Assembly (NCBI GenBank): GCA_951406725.2
Contig: OX597822.1
Span: 113,212,001 to 113,276,000, forward strand
Length of the DNA: 64,000 nt
DNA from: Octopus vulgaris
Taxonomy: Eukaryota
Direction of reading: 5' to 3'
The translations under genes were made by a program, and so were the position numbers. Below, one piece after another: positions 1-12,875 of the stretch. The notes beneath the pieces were generated by a model. It did not search any database and was not told the DNA's origin. It saw nothing but the letters and a program-made list of their open reading frames with translations. Position 1 is the first letter of the stretch; each line of letters starts with the position of its first letter.

Positions 1-937
1 TCCTCGTCTTTTGCATGTCAGCTAGCATGAGTCATAAATTTTGTACGCCTGTGATTTCAAGCCGCTTGTCACAGTGGAACATGTCAAATACTTATGATAT
101 TTCAGCGCCAAGAATAATGACAACACATTTACATCGTTGACATTATGCTGCGAGACACGATATTGGAATTCCAACTCCCACGAAATATAGTTTTTTTACT
201 GCGCTCTCCACATATTTCAAAGCCATGAAAGACAGGATCTTATGTCAGGTCAGTATCACAGCTATAGATGTTATGTCTTTTAGCGATCCTGCAGGTTTTA
301 GTGATCTTCGAAATATTAGGGACCCCTACGAATTTCTTGAAAGTAACACCCATAAACTTATTGTCAGCTACTGTGAAGACTATTGGTGACCACTTGGCAG
401 CTAACACAGGATGCCATTTGAGCAGGGTTCGCTTTTGTTAAGTTATATACTGTTGAGAAATTTGAAAAAATTTCCCTGAACCCCTGCGGCACAGAAACTC
501 TGCAGTTGTCTATCGATGGCAAATAGCTAATCATATTGTTGACAATTAAAGAACTATTGTTTCTCGTAAACGTACAGATTTAGATTTCAGTGATCCGCCG
601 TGATGTCCTATTTTCTTGTCATATATATATTTGTAAGAAGACAAAGAATTTCTAAAATGCACATTTTAGTATAAATGTCTCATTCAGATTTCGTCTTTCT
701 GGCTTCAGAATAATAATGTTTAAGTGTGTGATGTTTTAAGATTTTAGTTCTTTGAGTCGTGGGATGAAATCGGCCCAGGACTTATTTAAATCTGGAATTT
801 ACCTTCTAGGTCTCTTTCCAAGAACTGCTACTTAAGAGGGATGTAAACAAAAACAACACTCAGTGACAGACGAACACTAACACAAAGATGTGTGTGTATA
901 CATATACATGCATGCTTACACGGACACACACACACAT

Positions 938-1311
938 GTGCTTGTGTGGTAAGAAGCTTTCTTCTCAACCACATGGTTCCGGATTCAGTTCCACAACGTG
1001 GCACCTTGGGCTACTGTCCTCTATTATAGCCTCAGGGCGACCAAAGCCTTGTGAGAAGATTTGGTAGACGGAAACTGAAAGAAGCCCGTTATATATATAC
1101 ATGGATGTGTGTCTTTCTGTCCGTGTTTGTTCCCCATCACCACTTGACAACCGGTGTAGGTGTGTCTATGTCGCCGATACTTAGTGGTCCGGTAAGAGTT
1201 ATCGATAGAATAAATACCAGGCTTAAAATAAGAAGTACTAGGGTGGATTCATTCGACTAAAAATTCTTCAAAGCGGTGCCCCAGCATGACTGCCGTCTAA
1301 TGACAAGTAAG
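938..1311 (+). mobile_element. tRNA-derived SINE, family A (CORE-like segment, internal microsatellite)
   Basis: tRNA-like head (tgtgtggtaagaagc...ggattcagttcc), then ggcaccttgggc...tatagcctcagggcgaccaaagccttgtgag, internal (TA)/(TG) tract and tail gcggtgccccagcatgactgc...acaagtaa; similar copies recur across the window. Confidence 0.85.
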
Positions 1312-1315
1312 GTGC

Positions 1316-1340
<25 letters not shown>

Positions 1341-1347
<7 letters not shown>

Positions 1348-1728
1348 GAAAAAAACAAGTCAAAATAGAAAATGCTAAAATAATTTTATAAAGAACATTT
1401 CAGTACCGGTTTCGGTCATTTTGAGACCTTTTCAACTGTAACGATTAAATAATTAAATTTAGAAAAATTAGAAGAAAAGTTTTTGTCGTTGTGACGACCT
1501 CGAACACACAAGTGCAAACAAGGGAGTCAGAGAAAGGCAGAATGCCACTTATATTTGAACACTACTATACAAATATTCCTTTAAAAAAACTTTTCTTCTA
1601 ATTTTTCTAAATTTAATTATTTAATCGTTACAGTTGAAAAAGGTCTCAAAATGACCGAAACCGTACTGAAATGTTCTTTATAAAATTATTTTAGCATTTT
1701 CTATTTTGACTTGTTTTTTCATATATAT
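1341..1728. repeat. Long inverted repeat (~140-bp arms, ~100-bp spacer), Penelope-like terminal-repeat type, in (TA)n
   Basis: 1341-1484 is the near-perfect reverse complement of 1585-1728; each arm carries a hammerhead-like motif. Confidence 0.9.
1631..1668 (+). ncRNA. Degenerate minimal hammerhead-like motif (mirror copy on minus strand at 1401-1438)
   Basis: cag-TTGAAAA-(a)ggtc-tcaaaat-gacc-GAAA-cc(g)gta-ctg; stem II ggtc/gacc; the left-arm copy has palindromic helix III ACCGGU; core deviates from CUGANGA. Confidence 0.45.
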
Positions 1729-1769
1729 CAACTCGTGTGTTCCTTTTCACCCTTATACATATATATATG

Positions 1770-1990
1770 TGATTCAAAATGCGACTGCGTACGTACCGTT
1801 GGCGATTTTTTTTCCTCCGTCTTCTCTTTCTTGGATCTTTCCTTTTCCTATGTTTCTGACGAAGAGCTCCGCTCGAAACGTTAAATCCTCCTTCTTTCTT
1901 TCCTTTCCTATGCGTCCAAAAGCACTATAGTTGTTCCACGTCCTCGCGTTGTTGTGTTTTTTCTTTGTGTTTTCATGTTTGGATTAACTA
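1770..1990 (+). mobile_element. Short non-autonomous Penelope-like/retrozyme-type terminal element in (TA)n
   Basis: Pyrimidine-rich element ending at a (TA)n tract, contains a minimal hammerhead motif; same layout at 62400-62695 and 51990-52110. Confidence 0.55.
1852..1886 (+). ncRNA. Minimal type I hammerhead ribozyme motif
   Basis: gttt-CTGACGA-a-gagc-tcc-gctc-GAA-ACGT-T-aaat: core, 4-bp stem II, palindromic helix III (ACGU), short stem I. Confidence 0.7.
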
Positions 1991-2419
1991 TATATATACG
2001 ATGAGTTTGTGCACAAATTTACTCAGAGTGCCATTTACACAAGGTACTATGCAGCACAGCCGAACTCGAAAGCCCGTTCTTGTGAAACAAATTTCGTAAA
2101 CACACAACCATATCTACGCTTGGGCAGTCAATTTAATGAACAACAAATTATGACTAAATGCAAATGAAAGGAGACAATGAATTACAGTGGTCATTTTTTA
2201 GTTTTTTTATCGGCTCTGTGTAGTGTCCATATCTTCTAAAGAAAAATCAACGGTGATGGATAATGCCTGCTAAGTGAAGATCAGTTGGGTTTTAAAGAGG
2301 GATGGCTCTACGAAGTAGTTTAGTGCACAGACTGGGAAGAGAGGCACCTGGCAGTTAGGAACGGTAAGGCAGGTGCTGCAGTAAGTAATTTTCCACACTA
2401 GGCGAATAATCGTTTTTCC

Positions 2420-2509
2420 TGTTAATTCTCACCCATCACATATATATATATAAGGATATGGTTTTGTATATGCTTGTATGTAAGAATGTATATATGTATA
2501 TGTATATAT

Positions 2510-2579
<70 letters not shown>

Positions 2580-2790
2580 GAATACAGACATATATTTTTG
2601 AATGTATATGCGTGTAAGTATGAATGCATGTATGTATGAGTGTATGTATGCATGTATACGGATACACATATGTCTATATTTATATACATATGTGTGCGCG
2701 CGTCTGTCAGTGTGTATATTTGTAGCGTATGTATGTACGCGTAGCACATACACATAATCAGTTACTATACACTCACAAACACAGACAAAT
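2420..2790. repeat. Compound (TA)n/(CA)n/(TATG)n microsatellite region
   Basis: Direct inspection; source of the YIYI/HTH pseudo-ORFs. Confidence 0.95.
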
Positions 2791-2923
2791 ATATTAAGGA
2801 CGGTTGTGCGCTTTCTGAAACGCGTTTTGTATAATTTTTAACATTAAACGCAATCGTTACTGATCTTTGTAAGTTAATAAAGTTTAGAAGTTCTCTATGT
2901 GTTCTTTATAACTTCAGTCATCA

Positions 2924-2974
<51 letters not shown>

Positions 2975-2978
<4 letters not shown>

Positions 2979-3240
2979 TTTATTTAAAAGCAACAGAAAT
3001 TCAACAAAACTTGTTACTCGGAGTTTCACGTTCCCGTTCGTCGGACAGGAACGTGAAACTCCTAGTAAAAGGTTTTGTTGAATTTCTGCTGCTTTTTAAA
3101 TAAAGCATATTACTCTACCCCTGGTATTTGAGTACTTGTTTTTCCACCTTGTTTCACATTTATGTGTTTACTCCGGTATATATATATATATAAATAGTAC
3201 TCAATTACCAAAGGTAGAGTAATACGCTATTTATTAAACC
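2975..3240. mobile_element. Inverted-repeat Penelope-like terminal remnant with hammerhead-like motif
   Basis: ~60-bp arms 2976-3034 and 3048-3108 around a 13-nt loop; 3195-3238 is an inverted copy of ~3100-3137; flanked by (TA)n. Confidence 0.65.
3010..3049 (-). ncRNA. Minimal hammerhead variant (CCGACGA core)
   Basis: Minus: cctgt-CCGACGA-acg-ggaa-cgt-GAA-ACTC-C-GAGT-A-acaag; helix III ACUC/GAGU, GUA triplet. Confidence 0.55.
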
Positions 3241-3287
3241 CGAAAAAAAATATATATGTAAATATATGTGTGTGTGTGTGTGTGGAC

Positions 3288-3320
<33 letters not shown>

Positions 3321-3705
3321 TGTATGTATGTATGTATGTATGTATGTATGCATGTATGTATGTATACATGTATGTATGTATACATGTATGTATGTATGTA
3401 TGTATGCATGTATATATATAGTGGTGTTGTGAGATCACGTGGTTAGAGCTTATGTATTATTAAGGGCATTGTAAAACGTCCAAGTATTTGGTTCCATCTT
3501 TCTTATCAGCTGCTGAAAAACAAAGTCCGAGGCCTGATCCACGGGATCTTATTTCACAAGAAAACTAAATACGTGTGGCTCTATCTATCAAGATATATTG
3601 AGACAAATCACATACCGTATTGTTCAGCTTATTAATGTGTCTTATCCTGTTTTACTTTCTATCTCTTACTCTCTCCACTTTCCTTTCTCTCTCCCTCCAA
3701 ATACT

Positions 3706-3922
3706 TATTTCTTTACTGCCCACAAAGGGCTACACACAGAGGGGACAAACGGATTAAGTCGATTACATCGACCCCAGTGCGTAACTGGTACTTATTTAAT
3801 CGACTCCGAAAGAATGAAAGGCAAAGTCGGCTCGGCGGAATTTGAACTCAGAACGTAGCGGCAGACGAAATACCGCTAAGCATTTCGCCTGGCGTGCTAA
3901 CCTTTCTGCCAGCTCACCGCCT
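3706..3922 (-). mobile_element. tRNA-derived SINE, family B (Meta-domain-like)
   Basis: Reverse complement of aggcggtgagctggcagaa...gagttcaaattcc...gcctttcattctttcggagtcgattaaataagtaccag...gtgggcagtaaagaaata; flanking direct repeat ccaaatact. Confidence 0.9.
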
Positions 3923-4520
3923 CCAAATACTCATGTATGCATGTATTTGTATGTGTGTACGCGCGCACACACACACACATGCAAATATACATCGGCTTAC
4001 ACAAGTAGGTTGGTTCCGTGAGTAGCTGTGCAAATGAAATCCGAGTAAAACGGGAAAACAAAGTGTGATATATGTTTTTAATAGAATCAATGAAAGAATA
4101 TACAAGATTTTAACCATTATTTATTGAAATAGGAATAATAAATAAGATTATCGTGTGCTATGTGTGTGTATATTATCTCTTAAATGTTTTAGCCATTGGA
4201 CTGCAGCCATGCCGCCGGAACGACACCTTCAATAATTTATTCGGATAAATCGATGCCACTGCTCTTTTTGTTTTTTAAATCGTGTACTAGTTACATATTC
4301 TATTGCTCTCTTTGGACGAAACTGCTAAGTTACGGCAACTGTATGAAAGTTCGTCTTACACACACACGTGTGTGTATGTATATATATATATATATAAACA
4401 ACAATATAAGGAATGGCCATAATAGGACATTCGACCCACTAGAAAGAGCAGCCAAACTCAAACCGCTAAATAGTTGTAATTCTGAAATTGAAAGAAAAAT
4501 AAAAAGGTTTACCCCTTTCA

Positions 4521-4614
4521 TCTCTGGACTATGCATAGTTTCGACAAACTTTGCAAACAGATTAATTAAATTAAATTAAATTTATTTACAACTGGCGTGT
4601 CTCGTCAGCAGAGA
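4521..4614 (-). ncRNA. Type I hammerhead ribozyme, canonical core
   Basis: Minus: UCUCUG-CUGACGA-GACA-[long AU-rich stem-loop]-UGUC-GAA-ACUAUGCAUAGU-C-CAGAGA; 6-bp stem I, perfectly palindromic helix III, GUC cleavage triplet. Confidence 0.88.
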
Positions 4615-4697
4615 AGCCGAGGATGAGTATATATCCAGGATGAGTATATATTATTATTATATATATATATATATGTACACACACACATGATGATGAT

Positions 4698-4940
4698 GTG
4701 GAGGCGCGTGACTTAGTGATTAGGATGTCAGCATCATGATCGTAAGATTGTGGTTTCGATTCCTGGACCGGGCGACGCATTGTGTTCTTGAGCAAAACAC
4801 TTCATTTCCACTCAGCTGGCAAAAATGAGTAATGCTGCAATGGACTGGCGTCCCGTCCAGCTGGGGCGGGGGGACACATACGCCATTGAAACCGGGAAAC
4901 CGGGCCCATAAGCCTGGCTAGGTTTTAAAGGGGCGCACAT
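4698..4940 (+). mobile_element. tRNA-derived SINE, family C (CORE-like plus V-domain-like segments)
   Basis: gtggaggcgcgtgacttagtg...ggtttcgattcc, ttgtgttcttgagcaaaacacttc, ctgcaatggactggcgtcccgtccag; copies at 11207 and 58822. Confidence 0.85.
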
Positions 4941-4964
4941 GATAATATATATATACACATGATC

Positions 4965-5731
4965 AAAACGCCGTTAGAACAGCAGAATTACCCCCTTACA
5001 ATGTGGAAAAAATTGTCAACAACCAGACATGGGACTTGAATCCACATTCCTTGAAGACTCTGGCCAGTACTTTACCATTAAGCTAAACTATCGCTGACCA
5101 GTCAATCCGCAATTTTAGACACTATAAAGCTAAATATACAACTACGTGTATATGAATAAAAACAAACATTTGTTTTGATCTTTTAAGCTTCGAAATGCGT
5201 AGTGTAAGATAGAAATAAGATGACAATTTAGTTTTGAACACAAAACGCCCTTAGAGCAGCAGCAATATTGGATAAATTATCCTTACAAAGTGGAAAAATT
5301 TGTTAACAACCAGCCATAGGACTCGAACCCGCATCCCTTTATGTCTCTGGCCAAGAGCATATTTCGACACTTAACAAAAATGTTAGTTTGTCTATATTTC
5401 TATACACCTAGTTGTACATTTAGCTTTATAGCATCTAAAATTGTGGATCCCTTTGTCAGCAGGTAGTTTACCTTCATGGTAAAGCACTAGACCGGTAAAG
5501 CACTTCAAGAGATGTGGGTTCGAATCCTATAGCTGGTTGTTGCAAATTTTTCCGCTTTGTAAGGGTAATTTACCCAATAATTCTGGTGATCTAACGGCGC
5601 ATCTGCGTTCGAATATAAATTATCATCTTATTTGCATCTTACATTACCCACTTCGAAGCTTACAAAAAAAAAACAACAAATGTTTGTTTATATTTATATA
5701 CATGTATTTGTACATTTAGCTTTATAGCGTC
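4965..5731. repeat. Tandem plus inverted array of a ~280-300-bp unit containing a tRNA-like A/B-box segment
   Basis: aaaacgccgttagaacagcag at 4965 repeats as aaaacgcccttagagcagcag at 5242 (period 277); inverted units 5375-5731 (tacatttagctttatagc at 5415 and 5711); tRNA-like gtagtttaccttcatggtaaagcac...gtgggttcgaatcc. Confidence 0.75.
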
Positions 5732-6579
5732 TGACGAGCTTTCATTCAATTTCCGTCTACCAGATTCACTTGCAAAGCAACGATCGCTTGGCCAATGTGC
5801 CATAGAATGGAACTGAACTCGAAATCATGTGATTGCAAAGCGAGCGTCTAACTACAAAGTCATGTGGTTGCTGTTGTAATAATAAGCTTTGTTTTCTATC
5901 CAGAAGAATATAACATATTAAACTGATTCGTAGTTTCTGTTCCAACCTTTTCGTTTTGAAGACAATTTGATAAATCACTTTTCATTTTCATCTTGATCTT
6001 TGAAACTCTGATATTGAATCTCAAAACTATTAAACAAAATATTTTTTAAAAATGAAACGTTAGTTTAGAATCTCGTCTACCTGATGACTGGAGGAGTAGA
6101 ATGAAAATTACATGCAAGGAAAAGGAAAGGAATGAAACGGAAACGAAGGAACTGTTTCTGTAAACGTAAAATAAAGGAAAAAGCCAGACCAACCCAAATG
6201 AAAATTGAAACTGAGTTTCATGTATATTTCATATGCATAAGTGTGTGCATGCGTGAGAGTGTGTGTGTGTTTGAGTGTCTGTATGCGTGTGTGTATACAT
6301 ACACATGTGTGTGTATATGTATATATATATATACATACGTGCAAAACGCCCCCGTCCAATGGACGGTGCTGAGTTGTCAAACATTTAAACCAAATTTTCT
6401 CAAAACAACTTGTCCGACCATCTCATATACATCCCCTTTGAGAAACACTGATTTAACCTAAATTTGAGACATCAGCAAAAGAAGAAATAAAGATAGACTT
6501 TTTCTCTATTCCAAAGAAAAACGATTTTATTCACACAAAGATGCAACCGAAGAGTTTAAAGTACCAGTAATGATAAGGC

Positions 6580-6884
6580 TGTTGACTGGGAGAACACAAA
6601 CATAGTTTAAATAGTAAGCTTGGCAGGAAAGAAACGTGCCTTTAAGCAGTACAAAAACAACAAAAAATGGAAGGTGCAGTTATGTACATGTTGACGGAAG
6701 AAAAGCATGGCTTTATAGATCGCATTCTCACCTGGAATCGATTTTTGTAATTTTTTCAATACTTATACACGCCCTGATATCGTCGGTATCTACATATCAA
6801 ATTTGAGCGCAATCGGATGGAGGATGCCCGAGATCCTAGAAGACACACGCACACACACAGACAGAACGGATTTTATATAATAGA
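6580..6884 (-). mobile_element. Non-autonomous Helitron, 5' portion
   Basis: Minus strand starts a|tctattatataaaatccgttctgtctgtgtg..., then ccgattgcgctcaaatttg, the same layout as the complete Helitron at 14065; 3' hairpin/CTAG not found, left boundary approximate. Confidence 0.6.
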
Positions 6885-6948
6885 TATATACACACATAGA
6901 CACACACATATATACACATGATATATATGTGTGTGTGTGTATGTGCGT

Positions 6949-6989
<41 letters not shown>

Positions 6990-7028
6990 TAAAAAATGGA
7001 GTTAACGAAGGTGTAATCAAATATTTTT

Positions 7029-7114
7029 ACTTTCGACACATGTTTCGAAAATTCCACTGATACTATTCAAAAGAATAAATGGTATAAACAATGCAATCTT
7101 CTCCTCAGGAAAGT
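7029..7114 (-). ncRNA. Type I hammerhead ribozyme, canonical core
   Basis: Minus: ACUUUC-CUGAGGA-GAAGAUU-[extended helix]-AAUUUUC-GAA-ACAUGUGU-C-GAAAGU; 6-bp stem I, 7-bp stem II, self-complementary helix III, GUC triplet; host element ~6990-7305 lies between (TA)n tracts. Confidence 0.85.
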
Positions 7115-7298
7115 GAAAAAAACGAAACTCGTCAATAAGACATTTTAGCAAAAAGTGATGGATTTGTATAGCGATAGACAGAACGCTATTAATATTGTTT
7201 AAAAAAACGTTATATGATATAACGTCATAAGTAGTTAACAGAAAGAGTAGGGTTTGTATTTTTACCTTGTTAATTGTTAACAAGGTAAAAATACACTC

Positions 7299-7357
<59 letters not shown>

Positions 7358-7479
7358 TTCAGCAAAATTTAGATTCAGATGAATCTAAATTTTAATAAAA
7401 TGAAGTAGCATGAAACAATTGTACTACTCTACCTTGGATACCCTTGTTGCTTATTTTGATTATGAATATATACATATAT

Positions 7480-7538
<59 letters not shown>

Positions 7539-8582
7539 CGCACACGATATATGTATGCGGGTGTAAGTACGTGTGAGAGTGTGCGTTCCCATTTTCTTCG
7601 TCCAGTCGTTTTTTTCCTCTTCGAAAACGTTTGCCTTAATGGCAAGTTGCTGACATCAGGAACTATCTATCATGATATGTCATCTTGTACTGGTTACCAC
7701 AAAGGATCTGGTGCGGTGTTGTTTACTTCCGCAGCGCAATGACCGTGTCCTCCCTGTGTTGCCAGACATACTCTTGTGCGTGCCTCAAATCCATTCCATT
7801 ATTCATTATACAACTAACCTACTATTTACACGAAATACAGAAGAAAGCAACAAAACACATTTATTTTTTCTCGGCAACTTACTTCATCTGTCTTTGATTA
7901 ATGGCTTCTTACTGTTGAACTTGGCCCCCGTCTGTATTAGCACGTCTTGTTGATGTTGTGCATGTACATGTGTATTTGGCTATGGTATATGTGTGCGTGC
8001 GTGCGTGCGTGCGTGTGTGCGTGTGTGAGAATTTCAGAATATGTATATGTACGTGAATATATTTGTGGACATACGCTTATGTGTGTAGAAGCGCATGCGT
8101 ACAATTTTAGCTGTATCAGTGGCGCTATGCAATCTTGATAGAAACACAAATGCGTGTGTAAGTATGTGCATCAAGCTATATGACAGTGAGATAGGGGGAG
8201 GGAGGTGCGGGGGGAGTAGGCGAGTGTATTTCATAACTTTCAAGTTTTTTTGTTTTTTTTAAATACACGTGATGAGAATTAATGTGTTTCTGAATGTTTA
8301 ACTACAGTTTGTCTAATTAGATGTTTTATGCAAATAAAAGCCTTTTAATGTAATAAGAAGTGAATTTCAAAATGCCAGATGAGACTCAACGAATTAGACG
8401 GTTGCATCTTCACTGCCGGCGACCGAGGATCGGGTGATTGTATACTATTTCCATATATATATATATACCGACGTTTAGAAATAGCAGCCAAAGAACCTTA
8501 GCTATTTCTTCTACTATAAGAAGAGACTCCCGAGTATTTTGCATATATATGCATATGCATATATATATATATATATATATAT

Positions 8583-10190
<1,608 letters not shown>

Positions 10191-10534
10191 TCTGATCAAA
10201 CCTAAATATTTGTCTTTTTAGCATAAAAAGGAATCGACCCGATTAGTTTCAGTGATTTTTGACTGGTCATTGCATTATGGTTTCCAATTTTTCTGGCCAT
10301 AGAGAAAATGGTAGCTTTTGGATATTTTACAGTATATATATATATATATATTTGCATGAGGCTGAAAGTATCCGTTTACTGAATATATATGCACATAGCT
10401 TTACCATACAGCCCTTTCTCTCTTTTCTCGCTCTGTCTCTCTATCTCTTTCTGCTTCTCTTCATTGATATGTGTGTGTGCGTGTGTGTGTATGTGCATAT
10501 ATATATTTTTGCATACATACACATATACACAGAC

Positions 10535-10619
<85 letters not shown>

Positions 10620-10620
10620 T
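10535..10620. repeat. (GATA)n microsatellite
   Basis: Direct inspection. Confidence 0.97.
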
Positions 10621-11206
10621 CAGCCTCTGCTTAGATTAATAAATAACTCAGCGGTTTCGCAGCAGAAATTCTAAATCATTTTAGCTTTCATTCCAGTTTA
10701 GATAAAAAAAAAATCCCCTTTTTTATGATTGTAGAGAGATTTGTGTCAACGTCTTGGGGAATATTTTAGACAAAACAAAATACTAAATTACATTGTTTAT
10801 TATTTTTCTTTTGCGGGGGTGATGGATATTCTAGGATAGAGTGACAAATATGTATTTATATTTGTTAAAACTATGTGAGAGTGCAACCCCAAATGGCACA
10901 TTAAAAAAGAAATAGCAGAATTAAAAGTGAGGACCTGGTACGAAATGGGCTGTATGTTGACGTGTTGGTGGGCCATTTGCAATGAGGAACATAAGAATTC
11001 AAAATGTCATTTTCAGATCCTATTTTTAGAAACTATCATCGTAATATTTTTACCAGCCGAAGAATTTCTTTCATTTGCACTTGTCTTGTCGCACCGCAAA
11101 AAAGGCCCAATTTGTTCTGATTTCAAATATATCAACTCAAAAATTACACAAATTTCTTTATGGGAGAAGATAAACTAGAATTAAAAGATGACTATATGTT
11201 GATATT

Positions 11207-11432
11207 GCAGAGGCGCATAGCTTATTGGTTAGGGTGTTAGCATCACGATTGTGGATTCGATTCCTGGAACGGGCGACGCGTTGTGTTTTTGAGCAAACCA
11301 CTTCATTTCACATTGCTCCAGTCCACTCAGCTGGCAAAAATGAGTAACGCTGCGATGGACTGGCGTCCCGTCCAGCTGGGGATCACGCCATAGAAACCAT
11401 GAGCCTGGCAAGGCTTTAATAAAGGGCGCATC
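11207..11432 (+). mobile_element. SINE family C
   Basis: Same head and CORE-like/V-like segments as 4698-4940. Confidence 0.85.
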
Positions 11433-12599
11433 TATTTTTTTTTATGTGTGTGTGATAAAAGTGATAAAAGAATAAAATATGAGTACTTGGTGAGAATTGA
11501 ACCTGCCTCTGTTATATGATGTCTTAATTACTTCTTTTAATGCTTTTCAATAGTCGAATTCATCGGTTAATCTGATGTGATGTTTACCCAATATTTCTAT
11601 TACTGTGCCTTGAATTGCCCATATAAGGATTATGAGGCGGGGGCGTCTCATATTTATATCAACTACTTAAGAGTAACTGAGCTTCAGCTTTCTTAAGCGA
11701 CTTGAGTAAAGGAAACTTCTTATGTGAAACTGTAGTCTTTTCAATTAAAGGAAACTATTCCTGCTTCTTTACGTGAATTGTTGCTGTTTTTGTACAATTT
11801 CATTATTTTTTGTACAAGGAATTCTCTATATTTGTTTCCTGGGTCCTTAACACACCGTTACACCAAGGTTCTTGCTTTGGTGAGTAATTATTTGCAATCG
11901 TTTCTTTGATTGCAACATTTTCTTTCTTTTCTTTATTGTGCCCTGGCTACAACTTTCTATCCGAAAATATTTGCCAAATTTTCCTTCTCTTTAATCTCAG
12001 AGATTTAATCCTGTATAGCTTTACAAAGCTGGAGCTAAATAAAATTAATAACGAAAATATACGCAAGTGTTACTTTATCAAATAAAAACTTTTAAAAGTA
12101 AAGAAATAACGACAATAAATTTTGTTATTAGGGCAAGTAGGAAAAATGGTATCAATGTTTCTAGGAAAGTCCTTTCTCAAGATAAAGAAGAACATTTTTA
12201 AATCAGAAAAAAAATCTGAGGGAAAAGCATAAGTAGGTTATTCAAGAACATAACAAGTAAGTTATTCAAAAGTCATAGCCGGTAAAAGAAAATGCACTGA
12301 GTTTTGGTTCTGCCGGTAGTAAGATCCACAAATGGTAAATTAGCTACTGCTCATGTGGGTGATGGGTATCCATTATGGTCATAGATGTCCACGAAAGTAT
12401 GATGATAGGAGTGCTCTATCTAGTGCTATTGTACATACATCATAAAGTGATCAAGCAACCTTCAACACATATGTGTTTGTGCGTGTGTGTGTGTGTGTAT
12501 GTGTGTGTGTGTGTGTGTGTGTATGTGTGTGTGTGTGTGTGTGTTTGTGTGCGTGTGTGTACTGTAAAGCTGGCGTTGTAAGCAATAAATTACATTCTT

Positions 12600-12875
12600 G
12601 AATGTGCAAGCAAAGCGATTTGCGGCTAAGGAAATAATTCTAAAACCCTAATGGTTAAGCATGTTACGGAAGAGATTACAGGTTTTACACTGAAAACGAG
12701 AACAAGTGACCGATCTGGGTATAGTGGAAACGGAGGTAAGAGCCATGGGTTAGAATATCACTTAAGTAATGATACTGCCCCGACGAGGAGAGAAAACGTT
12801 CTCGAATTACATGTGAAATACAGCGTTCAGAATCATAGCATGGCATGGCATGCTGGAGACGACAAGTGAGGTGAT
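12600..12875 (+). mobile_element. Highly decayed RTE-type LINE 3' end (tentative)
   Basis: One frame reads IVETEVRAMG*NIT*VMIL, resembling RTE C-termini, and ends in gacaagtgaggtga. Confidence 0.3.

Noticed and set aside
100-250. WN..LPRNIV...FKAMKD similarity to a CR1-type ORF2 end
   Set aside because: Needs several frameshifts; too weak to annotate
2422-3438. YIYI/HTH/CVCV-rich ORFs here and throughout the window
   Set aside because: Dinucleotide and tetranucleotide repeat read-through, not genes
6075-6115. CUGAUGA...GAAA on the plus strand
   Set aside because: No pairing for stem II or III
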